From assembly GCA_000989565.1 (NCBI GenBank), contig LBOO01000010.1:15736-79735 (forward strand): a stretch of 64,000 bases of DNA, given 5' to 3'. This document shows, piece by piece, positions 1-9,699 of the stretch. The stretch comes from Candidatus Peregrinibacteria bacterium GW2011_GWA2_33_10. GTDB lineage: Bacteria; Patescibacteriota; Gracilibacteria; UBA1369; GWC2-33-13. The translations under genes and the position numbers were made by a program. Positions within the stretch are counted from its first letter, which is position 1, and each line of letters starts with the position of its first letter. Under the pieces are notes generated by a model, which did no database searches, had not been told where the DNA came from, and worked only from the letters and a program-made list of their open reading frames with translations.

Positions 1-556
1 TTGAATACGCGAGGAGATTTTCGACTTTTATTCCGATTTTTTCCAATGTTTTTGTAAAACTTATTTCCGCGAAATGTACCAAAACCTGCACAATGGCCAT
101 TATATCGTCATGTTTTTTGTAGTCTATATCCAATGTTTTTACTCTGTATTTGTGAAAAAAGCTTTTAATCCGATTTACATCGGTTTTTTGGCATCTTACT
201 TTGCTGATTAAAACTTTTTGACCGCTGCCAAACGAGGTGTCGTTGAACATCGGATGAATGCTTAAAATACGAGCTTTTGTTTTTAACATCGCTTGTACCG
301 GCTCTTTTTTGAGCGAGGTTAAATCCATTAATAATTTTTGATTGTTCAAATATGGTTCGATTTCGTTTATTACAGGTATAGTTTGATCAATATTTACGGA
401 AATGATTATGATGTCCGAATTGTTTACCAAATCTTTATTTTTTAATTTCGTATTTTTATCAGAGATTAATACCTGATATCCTTGTTGACTAAATAAACGG
501 GCGAATAATTGTCCCATTTTGCCTTTTCCTCCGATGATGCCGATGGTTGTTTCCAT
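1..556 (-). CDS. tyrA: Prephenate dehydrogenase (3' end runs off the window)
   Basis: Not in ORF track; manual translation METTIGIIGGKGKMGQLF...DLTSLK...SIHPMF...HDDIMAIVQVLVHF shows the Rossmann motif plus TyrA HPMF and HDxxMAxxQ motifs; ATG overlaps the upstream stop (TAATG). Confidence 0.88.
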   Translation of the reverse strand, partial: METTIGIIGGKGKMGQLFARLFSQQGYQVLISDKNTKLKNKDLVNNSDIIIISVNIDQTIPVINEIEPYLNNQKLLMDLTSLKKEPVQAMLKTKARILSIHPMFNDTSFGSGQKVLISKVRCQKTDVNRIKSFFHKYRVKTLDIDYKKHDDIMAIVQVLVHFAEISFTKTLEKIGIKVENLLAYS

Positions 557-906
557 TACTTTTTCTTTTTCAATATTTTAGATTTTGCCGGTTTTACTTT
601 TTCTTTTTCTTCTTTCAAATTATCAAAATCTTCTTCGCTTAAAGTTGCCAGATCATCAAATGTTTTCTTTACTTTGGCCGTTAGTTTTTTAGTGGTTGGG
701 TTTTCTTTGACTTTATTATATGTATCCACTAATTCATTTTGTACTTTTTTTGCATGGTCTTTGATCACGTCAATACCACTATCGCCTTTTTCGCGGGCTT
801 TTTTTATTTTTTCACGCAATTCTTTGCCTTTTGTCGGAGCAAACATCATTCCGAGAACCGCGCCTGCGGCCGCTCCTATTAATAAAGATAATTTTTTCTT
901 GGACAT
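556..906 (-). CDS. YtxH-domain protein
   Basis: LLIGAAAGAVLGMMFAPTKGKELRE is the YtxH signature; start moved to MSKKK (906). Confidence 0.85.
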   Translation of the reverse strand: MSKKKLSLLIGAAAGAVLGMMFAPTKGKELREKIKKAREKGDSGIDVIKDHAKKVQNELVDTYNKVKENPTTKKLTAKVKKTFDDLATLSEEDFDNLKEEKEKVKPAKSKILKKKK

Positions 907-980
907 GGGAGAATAATTAAGAGCTAAATTTAATTTTAGTTTAGCAGGGAGGGGATGTGGTGGCAATGGGAGTGTGATGT

Positions 981-1060
981 ATGTAATTCGTAATTCGTAA
1001 TCCGTAATTCGTAATTTGTAAATGGAATAATTTATTCTTTTTATGGATTATGAATTACAT
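981..1060. repeat. GTAAT(T/C)C heptamer tandem array with inverted arm
   Basis: gtaattc gtaattc gtaatcc gtaattc gtaattt gtaaatg ... ttatggattatgaattacat. Confidence 0.85.
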
Positions 1061-1064
1061 AACA

Positions 1065-1640
1065 TTAAATCACATCCACTCCCAATCTCTTAAAAATTTG
1101 TACTAAGCTGTAAATTGGTAAGCCCATTACATTATAATAGCAGCCGTTGATTTTTTTGATAAAAATGGAACCGATGCCTTGGACCGCGAAAGCCGCGGCT
1201 TTGTCCATGCCTTCTTTGGTGTGAATGTATTTCCACATTTCTTCTTCGGTCATTTCGCCAAATGTTACTTCGGTTTTTTCAATGTGAGTGATTTCTTCAC
1301 GGGTTTTGGTGTTTATGACGCATAGTCCGGAATAGACTTCATGAGTTGTGTTGTTGAGAATTTTTAGGATTCTTAACGCATCTTCCTGATCTTTTGGTTT
1401 TTCCAGAATATGGTGTTTGTAGGAGCCGATTGTGTCCACTCCGATTATTATGGAATTTGGATTTTTTGCCGCTATCTCCCTCGCTTTGCCGATAGCGTTT
1501 TTCAAAACCAAATCTTCAGGTTTAATATTTTCAGATATAATTTCTTCGAAATTGCTTGGTTGAATTTTAAAATCCAGATTTATTTGGTTTAAAATTTGTT
1601 CTCGGCGAGGGCTTTTTGAGGCGAGGATGATTGGGAGCAT
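1065..1640 (-). CDS. maf: Maf family nucleotide pyrophosphatase
   Basis: IILASKSPRR, DTI, EKP, DKAAAFAVQG, NVMGLP motifs. Confidence 0.95.
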   Translation of the reverse strand: MLPIILASKSPRREQILNQINLDFKIQPSNFEEIISENIKPEDLVLKNAIGKAREIAAKNPNSIIIGVDTIGSYKHHILEKPKDQEDALRILKILNNTTHEVYSGLCVINTKTREEITHIEKTEVTFGEMTEEEMWKYIHTKEGMDKAAAFAVQGIGSIFIKKINGCYYNVMGLPIYSLVQIFKRLGVDVI

Positions 1641-1651
1641 TTTAAAATTAA

Positions 1652-2320
1652 TTATTTTTTCTCATTCACTTTAAAATACTTTTTATATTTATCCAAGATC
1701 AACCAAATTAATATACAAATTAAGCCGAGTTCTATCAATAAATGAAAATATGTAGCGGTCGTGAAACCAGAGATATTCGTTTTTAAATTATTTTTTTCTG
1801 AATTTTCTATTGTGAGAAATGTGTTTTCCCATTTTGAGTCTTTAATTGGATCATTTTTGATTTGCATTTTAATTATTTGATTTTTATCAAAGCTGAGTTT
1901 TTGGGTTCCGTTACCTTTTAGAGTAAAGAGAAATTTAATCAGAGTGCCTGATCCCGTGATCATTTTATCTCCTCTTTTCAGTGAAATTCCGGTGATTAAG
2001 CGACCTTCATTTTTTTTGTTATCTACGAGGTAAATAGGATCTGTACTTTGTTCAAAAAAGTTTCCGACTTTATATTTTTCATATTTTAAAATTTTTGGAT
2101 CATAGAGGAAATCAAATACTGCCGCAAAAATTTCTTCCGTGAATTTATTGGCTATGATTTTTATTTCCAATTGTTGGTCATTTACTTTTTGGTAATCGAT
2201 ATAGATGGTTTTTGGTTGGTCTAAGTTGGAAAAATTCGGATTTAAGCTAAGGGTCGGATCAGCGGAGGTGGTTTGGGTGAAGAAGAGGGTTAGAAGGAGA
2301 ATTAATAAGAGTTTTTTCAT
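1652..2320 (-). CDS. Secreted cohesin-domain protein with C-terminal TM anchor
   Basis: Signal peptide; FDFLYDPKILKY...GNFF...GSGTLIKFLF cohesin pattern; C-terminal hydrophobic helix followed by a basic tail. Confidence 0.7.
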   Translation of the reverse strand: MKKLLLILLLTLFFTQTTSADPTLSLNPNFSNLDQPKTIYIDYQKVNDQQLEIKIIANKFTEEIFAAVFDFLYDPKILKYEKYKVGNFFEQSTDPIYLVDNKKNEGRLITGISLKRGDKMITGSGTLIKFLFTLKGNGTQKLSFDKNQIIKMQIKNDPIKDSKWENTFLTIENSEKNNLKTNISGFTTATYFHLLIELGLICILIWLILDKYKKYFKVNEKK

Positions 2321-2345
2321 AAGGATGAGGGGATTAGGATGTGTA

Positions 2346-2428
2346 ATGATTCGTAATTCGTAATCCGTAAAAAATTTTATTATAAAAATACTATTTACGG
2401 ATTACGAATTACGAATTACGAATTATTA
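2346..2428. repeat. GTAAT(T/C)C heptamer inverted-repeat element
   Basis: ttcgtaattcgtaatccgtaaa ... tttacggattacgaattacgaattacgaa form a long hairpin. Confidence 0.85.
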
Positions 2429-2437
2429 AAGCTTACC

Positions 2438-2484
2438 TCACTCGCCACTCCCCCCCTTCTTAATTCGAAGGAGGGGGCGGTGAA
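2438..2484 (-). terminator. GC-rich hairpin downstream of the cohesin/dockerin gene
   Basis: cgccactcccccccttc-loop-gaaggagggggcg stem; no clear U tract. Confidence 0.45.
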
Positions 2485-2504
2485 ATGAAGTGAATGATAT
2501 ATTA

Positions 2505-3998
2505 TTAATAAGTTGTCGCCCAATTCGCGGCCATTTCCACTAAATCTAAGCCGTCTACTCTTGAGTCATAATTCAGGTCTGCCAAGGGGTTATATTTGCT
2601 GTCGGTTTTTGCCGCACCAAATGAGCGGGCAAGTTTGTCCAAGTCTCGTCCATCGACTCGGTCCGACCTATCAATATCTCCTTTTATTCCACGTGTTTCT
2701 GTGATGTTTACTTCTTGACCGGTTGAAGTCATATCGCCTTTTACGCTGATAATTTTGTAATCGTATTGAGTTCCCGGAATTATATTTGAGTCATCAGAAT
2801 AATTTGTTTTTTCAGTTGAAGCGATTTCTTCGAATTTGCCATCGGAACTTTTACGATAAATTTTGTACGCATCGACTTCCTGAGTTGGAGCATTCCAGGT
2901 TAATAGGAATGTATATCTTTTTTCTCCGACTGATGCTTGTAAATTTTGTATTTCCAGAGGAGCGGTTTGGTCGTTTTCTACAACCGTAATAGAGGTATTG
3001 GCAAATTCCGCAACTATATCCTCATTTTGAGAGGAGGCAAAGCTGTCATTGTTTATATTCAACTCCGCTTTTTGCCCCGGATCACCTATTACTTTAAATT
3101 TAACCGTGAACAATGAACCTTCGTCGGCAGTATTTGTTTCGGTTGGCTTGTCTGTTCTGGCCTCTCCAATGATAATTCTTCCTTGTTTGCCGTTTTCAAG
3201 TCCTGATTGGAAATAAGTTGTGAAATTTCCGTTGTTGTTCAGATAAGATCCTTTTACGGATTCACTGTATTCTAAAATTTTGGGATCGTAATTAAGGGAA
3301 ATTCCGTAAGAAAATAATTCCTCGGTGCCTTTAATTTTACCTTCTATAACCAAATTGGAATTTTTCGCGGGAGAGGTTGTGTTTGGCGCGAGATATATTT
3401 TTGTTATTTCATTTTCAGCATAAGAAACAGAGTTTTTTGTTCCCGGGGTTCCGATTATGCTGGAATCGGCGCTTGACACGCTGCCGTTTCCGGCTATGGC
3501 GCTGCTCCAATTAGTGCTTAAATCTCCACTTAAAGTCGGATCGATTTTTTCCATTGTTGATTTTTTGCTTCCGTCTCCGGCGAACCATGCGCCTCCCGTA
3601 CTGTTTACCGTATCAACGATGATACCGTCTTTATTTTTCAAAACCAATTTATCGCCGCTGTTGGCGAGAGATAAATTAATGACAATTCCAGCGTCGTAGT
3701 TTTTTACTGCTGACGCGCTATCCTCAATTACAAAGTAACTGTTAGCTTTAATTGTTCCTGAAGTAATTTCATAGATAGATGTTTCGTCATCTTCAATTGT
3801 CCAACCGGTAAGGTCAATATCAGAGGTTGAATTGTTATAAAGCTCAATCCATTCATCATTGCTGGAATCCGAACTTCCGGCCCATGCGATTTCATTAATA
3901 ACTATTGTTGTTGACGCGGCGGAGGCGAGATTCAAGAATGGCGAAAGCACAAAATTGGCTATGAGCGCCACAAGAATCAGAATTTTTTTCTTGTTCAT
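2505..3998 (-). CDS. Secreted lamin-tail + cohesin + FN3 + dockerin protein
   Basis: Signal peptide; IVINEIAWAG..DEWIELYN..DLTGW (LTD); LNYDPKILEY (cohesin); LTWNAP..YKIYR..YDYKI (FN3); GDIDRSDRVDGRDL..ADLNYDSRVDGLDL (dockerin duplicated Ca loops). Confidence 0.85.
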   Translation of the reverse strand: MNKKKILILVALIANFVLSPFLNLASAASTTIVINEIAWAGSSDSSNDEWIELYNNSTSDIDLTGWTIEDDETSIYEITSGTIKANSYFVIEDSASAVKNYDAGIVINLSLANSGDKLVLKNKDGIIVDTVNSTGGAWFAGDGSKKSTMEKIDPTLSGDLSTNWSSAIAGNGSVSSADSSIIGTPGTKNSVSYAENEITKIYLAPNTTSPAKNSNLVIEGKIKGTEELFSYGISLNYDPKILEYSESVKGSYLNNNGNFTTYFQSGLENGKQGRIIIGEARTDKPTETNTADEGSLFTVKFKVIGDPGQKAELNINNDSFASSQNEDIVAEFANTSITVVENDQTAPLEIQNLQASVGEKRYTFLLTWNAPTQEVDAYKIYRKSSDGKFEEIASTEKTNYSDDSNIIPGTQYDYKIISVKGDMTSTGQEVNITETRGIKGDIDRSDRVDGRDLDKLARSFGAAKTDSKYNPLADLNYDSRVDGLDLVEMAANWATTY

Positions 3999-4104
3999 TT
4001 TATTGATATTAAGATTTTCAAGTGATTTTGCGCAAAATCGAGGCCATTATAAAAAACAAAAATTAAAAAATTCTAAAAAAATTATTAAATCTCTACAAAT
4101 TTAA

Positions 4105-4133
4105 TTGACTTTTTACAGATTATTTTTTATAGT
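4105..4133 (+). promoter_or_regulatory. Sigma70-like promoter of rpsT
   Basis: TTGACT-N17-TATAGT. Confidence 0.6.
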
Positions 4134-4171
4134 TAGCAAGCTAATTTATCAGTTTACTAACAAAAAATCTC

Positions 4172-4441
4172 ATGCCGATAACGAAATCCGCCAAAAAAGC
4201 CGCTAAGCAATCTCTTGTTAAACAGCGCAGAAATTATGCTACAAGAACCAGATATAAAGATAGTATCAAAAAATTGAATAGAGCCGCAAAAACTGAAACT
4301 GAAGGGAAAAATGTGCAGGAATTATTAAGTAAAGCCTATTCGGAAATTGATAGAGCGGTTAAAAAGAAAATTTTACATAAGAATACTGCCGCGAGAAGGA
4401 AGGCGAATGTTGCGAAGGCGGTTAATGGGAAAAAGGCGTAG
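4172..4441 (+). CDS. rpsT: 30S ribosomal protein S20
   Basis: [10 protein letters not shown]...[19 protein letters not shown]. Confidence 0.97.
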   Translation: MPITKSAKKAAKQSLVKQRRNYATRTRYKDSIKKLNRAAKTETEGKNVQELLSKAYSEIDRAVKKKILHKNTAARRKANVAKAVNGKKA

Positions 4442-4472
4442 GTTGGGATTGACAGAGAATATAGTAGAATTA

Positions 4473-5699
4473 TTATATTCTTTTAATTAATTCCTCACTT
4501 ATCTCCAAATTCAATCTGTTCTCATTCATTCTTCCAATTAATAATCCCGCGTATTTTACGTAGGGTAGATTTAGTTTGTCTAAGAATTTCGGTTGTAGCC
4601 AATATTCGTTTTTGAATTGGGCGATTTTAAGATTTTCCGGAATTTTGAATTCTTTGCCAATGATTTTAGTGATCTTTTTTTGTATTATAAGTGAATTTTT
4701 TGCATCCAAGTTTTTCCAGTTTTCAGATTTTGAAGGTTTTTGATGTGAATTAAATTTTTCTTTTTCGATTTTTATGGGAGAGTCTTCTGTTTTTACAATT
4801 TTAGCGACAAAAAAACCATTGGTATTCAAATAAAATGGCCATATTCTGATACATTTGTTAAAATTCGAATTTTCTTTACTGATTCCCGGGAATTCAGTTA
4901 TTTTTGTGATTTTCAATTTGGCGTTTTGAGGGAATTTTTTTAATAAATAATCCACTACTCCCTCATTTTCATCGTACGATAAAGCGCAGGTGGAATAAAC
5001 CAACGTTCCGCCTTTTTTTAAAGCCTGAAACGCATTGGTTAAAATTCTTTGTTGTCTTTTCGCGTTAAATTTAATTAGTGAATAATTGAAGTTTTTTATT
5101 ATACTCAAGCCACGTTCGCGCATTCCCTCGCCGGAGCATGGCGCGTCGATCAAGATTTTATCGAATTTATTCGTCATATTTTTGGCAAAAAAGCTGGAAT
5201 CATATGTTGTTACAATAACATTTGAGAGTCCATATTTTTTTAATTGGAGACACAGCAGAGTGCTGCGTTTTTTCTCGACTTCATTGGCAATTATGTTAAC
5301 GTTGTTTCTCACTAGATTGGAAATGTGTATTGTTTTGCCGCCGGGAGCTGAACACATATCCAAAATCAATTCATCTTTCTTAGGTTCCAAAATTTCTGAT
5401 GGAATCATAGATGCGGAATCCTGTAGGTAATAAAGACCTTGCTCGTTTTCCGGCAAAGCGCCTAAAGATTTTAAATTTTCCGGAAGTTTATAATAAAATC
5501 CGATTTTTGACCAAGACACGGGAGAAATTTGGATATTATTTTTCTTTGCAAATTGAAGAAATTCTTTGTTTGTATATAAAGAAGTGTTTACGCGAAGAGA
5601 TTTATTTGTAGGGACTTCAAGTGTTTGAAGGAGTTTTTCGTAAGATTCGGGATCGAGATATTGATTGTAATAATCGGAGAATGATGGGTGTTTAGGCAT
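4473..5699 (-). CDS. RsmB/NOP (RsmF-like) RNA m5C methyltransferase
   Basis: YYLQDSASM, LDMCSAPGGKT, ILIDAPCSGEG, VYSTC. Confidence 0.92.
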   Translation of the reverse strand: MPKHPSFSDYYNQYLDPESYEKLLQTLEVPTNKSLRVNTSLYTNKEFLQFAKKNNIQISPVSWSKIGFYYKLPENLKSLGALPENEQGLYYLQDSASMIPSEILEPKKDELILDMCSAPGGKTIHISNLVRNNVNIIANEVEKKRSTLLCLQLKKYGLSNVIVTTYDSSFFAKNMTNKFDKILIDAPCSGEGMRERGLSIIKNFNYSLIKFNAKRQQRILTNAFQALKKGGTLVYSTCALSYDENEGVVDYLLKKFPQNAKLKITKITEFPGISKENSNFNKCIRIWPFYLNTNGFFVAKIVKTEDSPIKIEKEKFNSHQKPSKSENWKNLDAKNSLIIQKKITKIIGKEFKIPENLKIAQFKNEYWLQPKFLDKLNLPYVKYAGLLIGRMNENRLNLEISEELIKRI

Positions 5700-5832
5700 G
5701 AGTGAAAGAATTGGTGATTTTTGATTAGAAAATTAGGAAGATTCATTTTGAAGTATAACCATTTCCCATTGATTTTTCATCTAATTATTTTTAATATAAG
5801 CAGGACGTTTGTAATTCGTTCGTTTACAATTA

Positions 5833-5908
5833 GGGCCTGTAGCTCAGGGGTTAGAGCAGTCGGCTCATAACCGATTGGTCGTTGGTTCAATTCCAACCAG
5901 GCCCACCA
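5833..5908 (+). tRNA. tRNA with CAT anticodon, probably tRNA-Ile2 (lysidine)
   Basis: 76-nt cloverleaf GGGCCTG...gtcgg-ctCATaa-ccgat...GTTCAATTC...CAGGCCCACCA; G1:C72 (not initiator); C4/C5 acceptor pairs match TilS determinants. Confidence 0.9.
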
Positions 5909-6066
5909 TTCTTCGCTCGCTATGTTGATAATTATAGTTTAGAGCTTGGAAGATGGATTTTTAGAATTTTTAAGGTTTTTTATATGGCAGTGGAACTTAA
6001 TAAAACTTTTTTTTAAAAAAGGCAATATTTGTGGAAATGCACGGGAAAGTTGAATTTAAACGGCTT

Positions 6067-6133
6067 GTAATCCGTAAAAAGAATAAATTAATATTAAAAA
6101 TTTTCAATTTACAAATTACGAATTACGGGTTAC
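6067..6133. repeat. Heptamer inverted-repeat element (degenerate)
   Basis: gtaatccgtaaa ... tttacaaattacgaattacgggttac. Confidence 0.7.
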
Positions 6134-6259
6134 TAGTAAGATTTATTTATTCAAAGCGAAAATCGGATGATCCAAAACTCACAATTTGGAATTCAATTTA
6201 CTTTTCTGCCTTTTCTCTGCTAATATTTTTGTGGTTTTTAATTATTGATTTTTTATTTT

Positions 6260-7558
6260 ATGAAACATCAGGTTATTGATATTAAAAATGCGAAAAATTT
6301 TGTTGGAGAAGGCGTGACTGTGCGAGGGTGGCTTTATAATAAGAGGGAAAGCGGGAAAATTATTTTTTTGGAGATTAGGGACGGGAGCGGAACCATTCAA
6401 GGAATTGTCCATCAACCTTCCGTTGGCGATGAACTTTTTGAGAAAGCTAAAATTTTGACTATGGAATCTTCAGTGATAGTGAGCGGAACAATTAATAAGC
6501 ATCCTAAGTTGGATGATGTTTATGAACTCGCTGTTTCCGATATTGAAATTATTCAATTGGTTACTGATGAATATCCGATTTCAAAGAAAGAGCATGGACC
6601 TGAATTTTTGCTAGACAACAGACATTTGTGGCTTAGGTCTTCTAAACAGAGAGCGATTCAAGTTGTCAGGGACTCCATTATTCATGCCATTTATGATTTT
6701 TTCAGAGCGGAAGGTTTCACAAAAATAGACGCTCCGATTTTGACTCCGAATGCTTGCGAGGGGACGACTGATCTTTTTGAAATTGATTATTTCGGCAAAC
6801 CGGCTTATTTAACGCAAAGCGGACAACTTTATTTGGAAGCGGCGATTTTCAGTGTTGGAAAATGTTATGATTTTGGTCCTGTATTCAGAGCGGAAAAATC
6901 AAAAACTCGCCGTCATTTAAATGAATTTTGGATGATGGATGCGGAAATGCCGTTTTGTGATCAAAAAATGAATGAAAATATTCAAGAGGATTTGCTTTGT
7001 TCGATTGTTGAATATGTATTGAAAAACAATAAAAAAGAATTGGAAATACTTGAAAGAGATACTGCCGAGCTTTATAATTTGAAACGGCCTTTTCATAGAA
7101 TGAAACATAAAGATGCCGTCAAAAAAATGAAAGAGTTGGGGCTTTCTGCGGAATATGATGACGATTTCGGCGCGGAAGCGGAAATTGAATTCGCCAATAG
7201 TTTTGACAGACCTGTTTTTATTGAAGATTATCCGGCAAAAGTGAAAGCATTTTACATGAAACGAGCGGAAGATGATGCTGATAAAGCACGATGCGCGGAT
7301 TTGCTTGTACCGGGGTTGGGAGAGATTTTCGGCGGTTCGCAACGCGAAGATGATTATGAGATTCTTTTAGGAAGAATCAAAGAACATAATTTGCCTGTTG
7401 AACCTTTTAATTGGTATTTGGATTTGAGAAAATTCGGCTCAGTCCCCCACTCCGGATTCGGTTTGGGACTGGAAAGGGTTGTTTCTTGGATTTGCGGAAC
7501 TTCGCATGTGAGAGAGACAATTCCGTTTCCGAGGGTTTTGAATAGGGTGAGTCCTTAG
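6260..7558 (+). CDS. asnS: Asparagine--tRNA ligase
   Basis: OB-fold anticodon domain, RHLWLRS, YLTQSGQLY, FRAEKSKTRRHLNEFWM, HSGFGLGLERVV; start at ATG 6260. Confidence 0.96.
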   Translation: MKHQVIDIKNAKNFVGEGVTVRGWLYNKRESGKIIFLEIRDGSGTIQGIVHQPSVGDELFEKAKILTMESSVIVSGTINKHPKLDDVYELAVSDIEIIQLVTDEYPISKKEHGPEFLLDNRHLWLRSSKQRAIQVVRDSIIHAIYDFFRAEGFTKIDAPILTPNACEGTTDLFEIDYFGKPAYLTQSGQLYLEAAIFSVGKCYDFGPVFRAEKSKTRRHLNEFWMMDAEMPFCDQKMNENIQEDLLCSIVEYVLKNNKKELEILERDTAELYNLKRPFHRMKHKDAVKKMKELGLSAEYDDDFGAEAEIEFANSFDRPVFIEDYPAKVKAFYMKRAEDDADKARCADLLVPGLGEIFGGSQREDDYEILLGRIKEHNLPVEPFNWYLDLRKFGSVPHSGFGLGLERVVSWICGTSHVRETIPFPRVLNRVSP

Positions 7559-7585
7559 GTTAATTGATCTAGAAAATTTCATCAG

Positions 7586-8623
7586 TTAAAAATCAAAACA
7601 GTTATCAGTAGTATTAATTTTTTGACAATCTATTACCATACTTGGTCTGAATTTATCATAAGTAATACCCTTTTCATCTAAATTTTCTGATCTGGTTTTG
7701 TGGGAACTTGACTTCTCTAAAAATATTTGTATTTGGTTATCTCTCCAGCCTGCAATTAACACATCAGTCTTTAAAGGAAAAGCACTCCATCTATTATATA
7801 TTGAATATCTAAACTCATTATCAATAAATTCCAATACTGAGAAATTTTTGTCTTTATCTAATGGTGGTAGTTCTTTTAATATTCTATCCAATTGCATCAA
7901 ACCATATCTCTTTATATTCGGTAGTCGAGTTTTTGTAGCATATCTTGCTTTTATACGCTGGTAGAAGAGATCTAAATTAAGCGGAGTAGCTTTGAGATCA
8001 TTAATTGTTTTTAAACCAAATCCTGGGAAAGTTTCACTAAAAGTTCTATCATATGGTTCTTCAGTTATTTCAATTGCTACTTTCCATCCTGTTATTTTTG
8101 TAAATAAATTTTCTAAATTAATATCTTTTTCAATACTTGATAGCATACCTATATTTCTATCTGAAAATAAACTATTTCCAGTAGTCAACTTTTGATTATT
8201 AACAGTTTCCAGAAAGCATTTGTTTGATATAATCGGTTCTAAAAGAATTAATTTATTTTTAACACTGTCTTTTAAAAAATTTATAAAACTTTTTTGTCCA
8301 TTTTTTATAAATAATTTTAATATGTCTTCAATTTTGGGAGGAGCAACGTTACCATCTTTTTCCATATTTTGAGACCATAGCCCTCCGGCTTCCAATAATT
8401 TTATACTATTTTTATATCCGATTATAGGATCATTTAATAATTCCTTTAAATAGCGGGCCGTTTGTGAATCTAATTCAACGTCTTGAGGATCATTAATTAT
8501 GTTTTGCATTCTTTTTGCAAAATCAGATGAGGTATCTTCTGCAAATTGCATTTCGTTTGCAAGACTTGAATCTTTTGTATCTCCTTCTAATTCTGAAAAT
8601 CTTTCTTTAAGTTCATTTGTCAT
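7586..8623 (-). CDS. Hypothetical protein (island)
   Basis: 345-aa ORF, no recognisable motif. Confidence 0.7.
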   Translation of the reverse strand: MTNELKERFSELEGDTKDSSLANEMQFAEDTSSDFAKRMQNIINDPQDVELDSQTARYLKELLNDPIIGYKNSIKLLEAGGLWSQNMEKDGNVAPPKIEDILKLFIKNGQKSFINFLKDSVKNKLILLEPIISNKCFLETVNNQKLTTGNSLFSDRNIGMLSSIEKDINLENLFTKITGWKVAIEITEEPYDRTFSETFPGFGLKTINDLKATPLNLDLFYQRIKARYATKTRLPNIKRYGLMQLDRILKELPPLDKDKNFSVLEFIDNEFRYSIYNRWSAFPLKTDVLIAGWRDNQIQIFLEKSSSHKTRSENLDEKGITYDKFRPSMVIDCQKINTTDNCFDF

Positions 8624-8833
8624 GTTATTTTTTTTAAATTTTAGCGGTCTCTAATATTTATTAATTTTGGCTTTATGTAAAGTAAATCCTGCCAACAGAC
8701 TTTTGTTGTCATTCATGAATTATGTTATAAAATAAAGAAATTTTTGTATTTAGAATTACATTTTCAATCTTGCTTTTTGAAATTAGAGAATTTATATTAC
8801 TTTCTTAAATTTAAATCTGAAATTTAGTTTTAT

Positions 8834-9685
8834 ATGATTAGAAACCTACTGAAAAAATTGAACCTTAAGGAAAAAGAAATTGAAGCTTATTTAACATTAT
8901 TGGAATTTGGGATGCAACCTGCTTCTATAGTCGCGAAGAAAATTGATTTGCCAAGAAGCAGTACTCAATTTATTTTGGAAGGCTTAGCGAATAAAAATTT
9001 TGTTCGTAAAACCGTTAAAAATAATATAACTCAGTACTTGGCTGAAAAAACCGGAAATATTAAGTTGATTTTTGAAAAGCAAAAAGAAAAATATATGGAT
9101 AATTATAACAAGCACATCAATGATCTGGATGCTCTTTCTCCTTTGTTAATGAAATATGAAAATAATAATTTTCTTTTCCCCAAGATTGAAATTTATGAAG
9201 GAGTTAAAGGTGTTGCCAAGTCTTTTGTGAACTTTTATGAAGGTATTCCCGAGAGAGAAATTGTATATGATTTTGTTTCTCCGGCTCCTTTGGAATCAGA
9301 AATGTTACGTCGAGAGCTTGGAGATACTATCACTGCCCGAATAAGCAAAAAAATTTTTTCTTATACTTTGGTTAATCCTTGCGAAGATGCTGTCAGATTA
9401 AAAATTTTGGATGACAAGCAGTATAGAATAACTAAAATGAGCTTTGAAAAAGTATTGGATTCGATTACTTCGGAAATTTTAATTTATAAAAATAAGTTTC
9501 TTTGTATGTCCGGTTCAAAAGATGGGATTATTTCAACCATTATTATTAATAAAGACATAGCCCTTATGCATCGAGCGATTTTTGAAATGGCTTGGCAGCA
9601 GGCAATCAAGGATGATGAGAAGATTTGCAAAAGGAAATCCATTCAGGATCTGTTTAAAAAATTAAAGGGAATTAGAAATTATTAA
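8834..9685 (+). CDS. TrmB family transcriptional regulator
   Basis: LKEKEIEAYLTLLEFGMQPASIVAKKIDLPRSS wHTH; PKIEIYEGVKGV linker; PLD-like C-terminal sensor. Confidence 0.88.
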   Translation: MIRNLLKKLNLKEKEIEAYLTLLEFGMQPASIVAKKIDLPRSSTQFILEGLANKNFVRKTVKNNITQYLAEKTGNIKLIFEKQKEKYMDNYNKHINDLDALSPLLMKYENNNFLFPKIEIYEGVKGVAKSFVNFYEGIPEREIVYDFVSPAPLESEMLRRELGDTITARISKKIFSYTLVNPCEDAVRLKILDDKQYRITKMSFEKVLDSITSEILIYKNKFLCMSGSKDGIISTIIINKDIALMHRAIFEMAWQQAIKDDEKICKRKSIQDLFKKLKGIRNY

Positions 9686-9699
9686 TATAATTCTTTTAA

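Noticed and set aside
981-2428. Heptamer arrays as CRISPR
   Set aside because: 7-nt tandem units with no unique spacers and no cas genes
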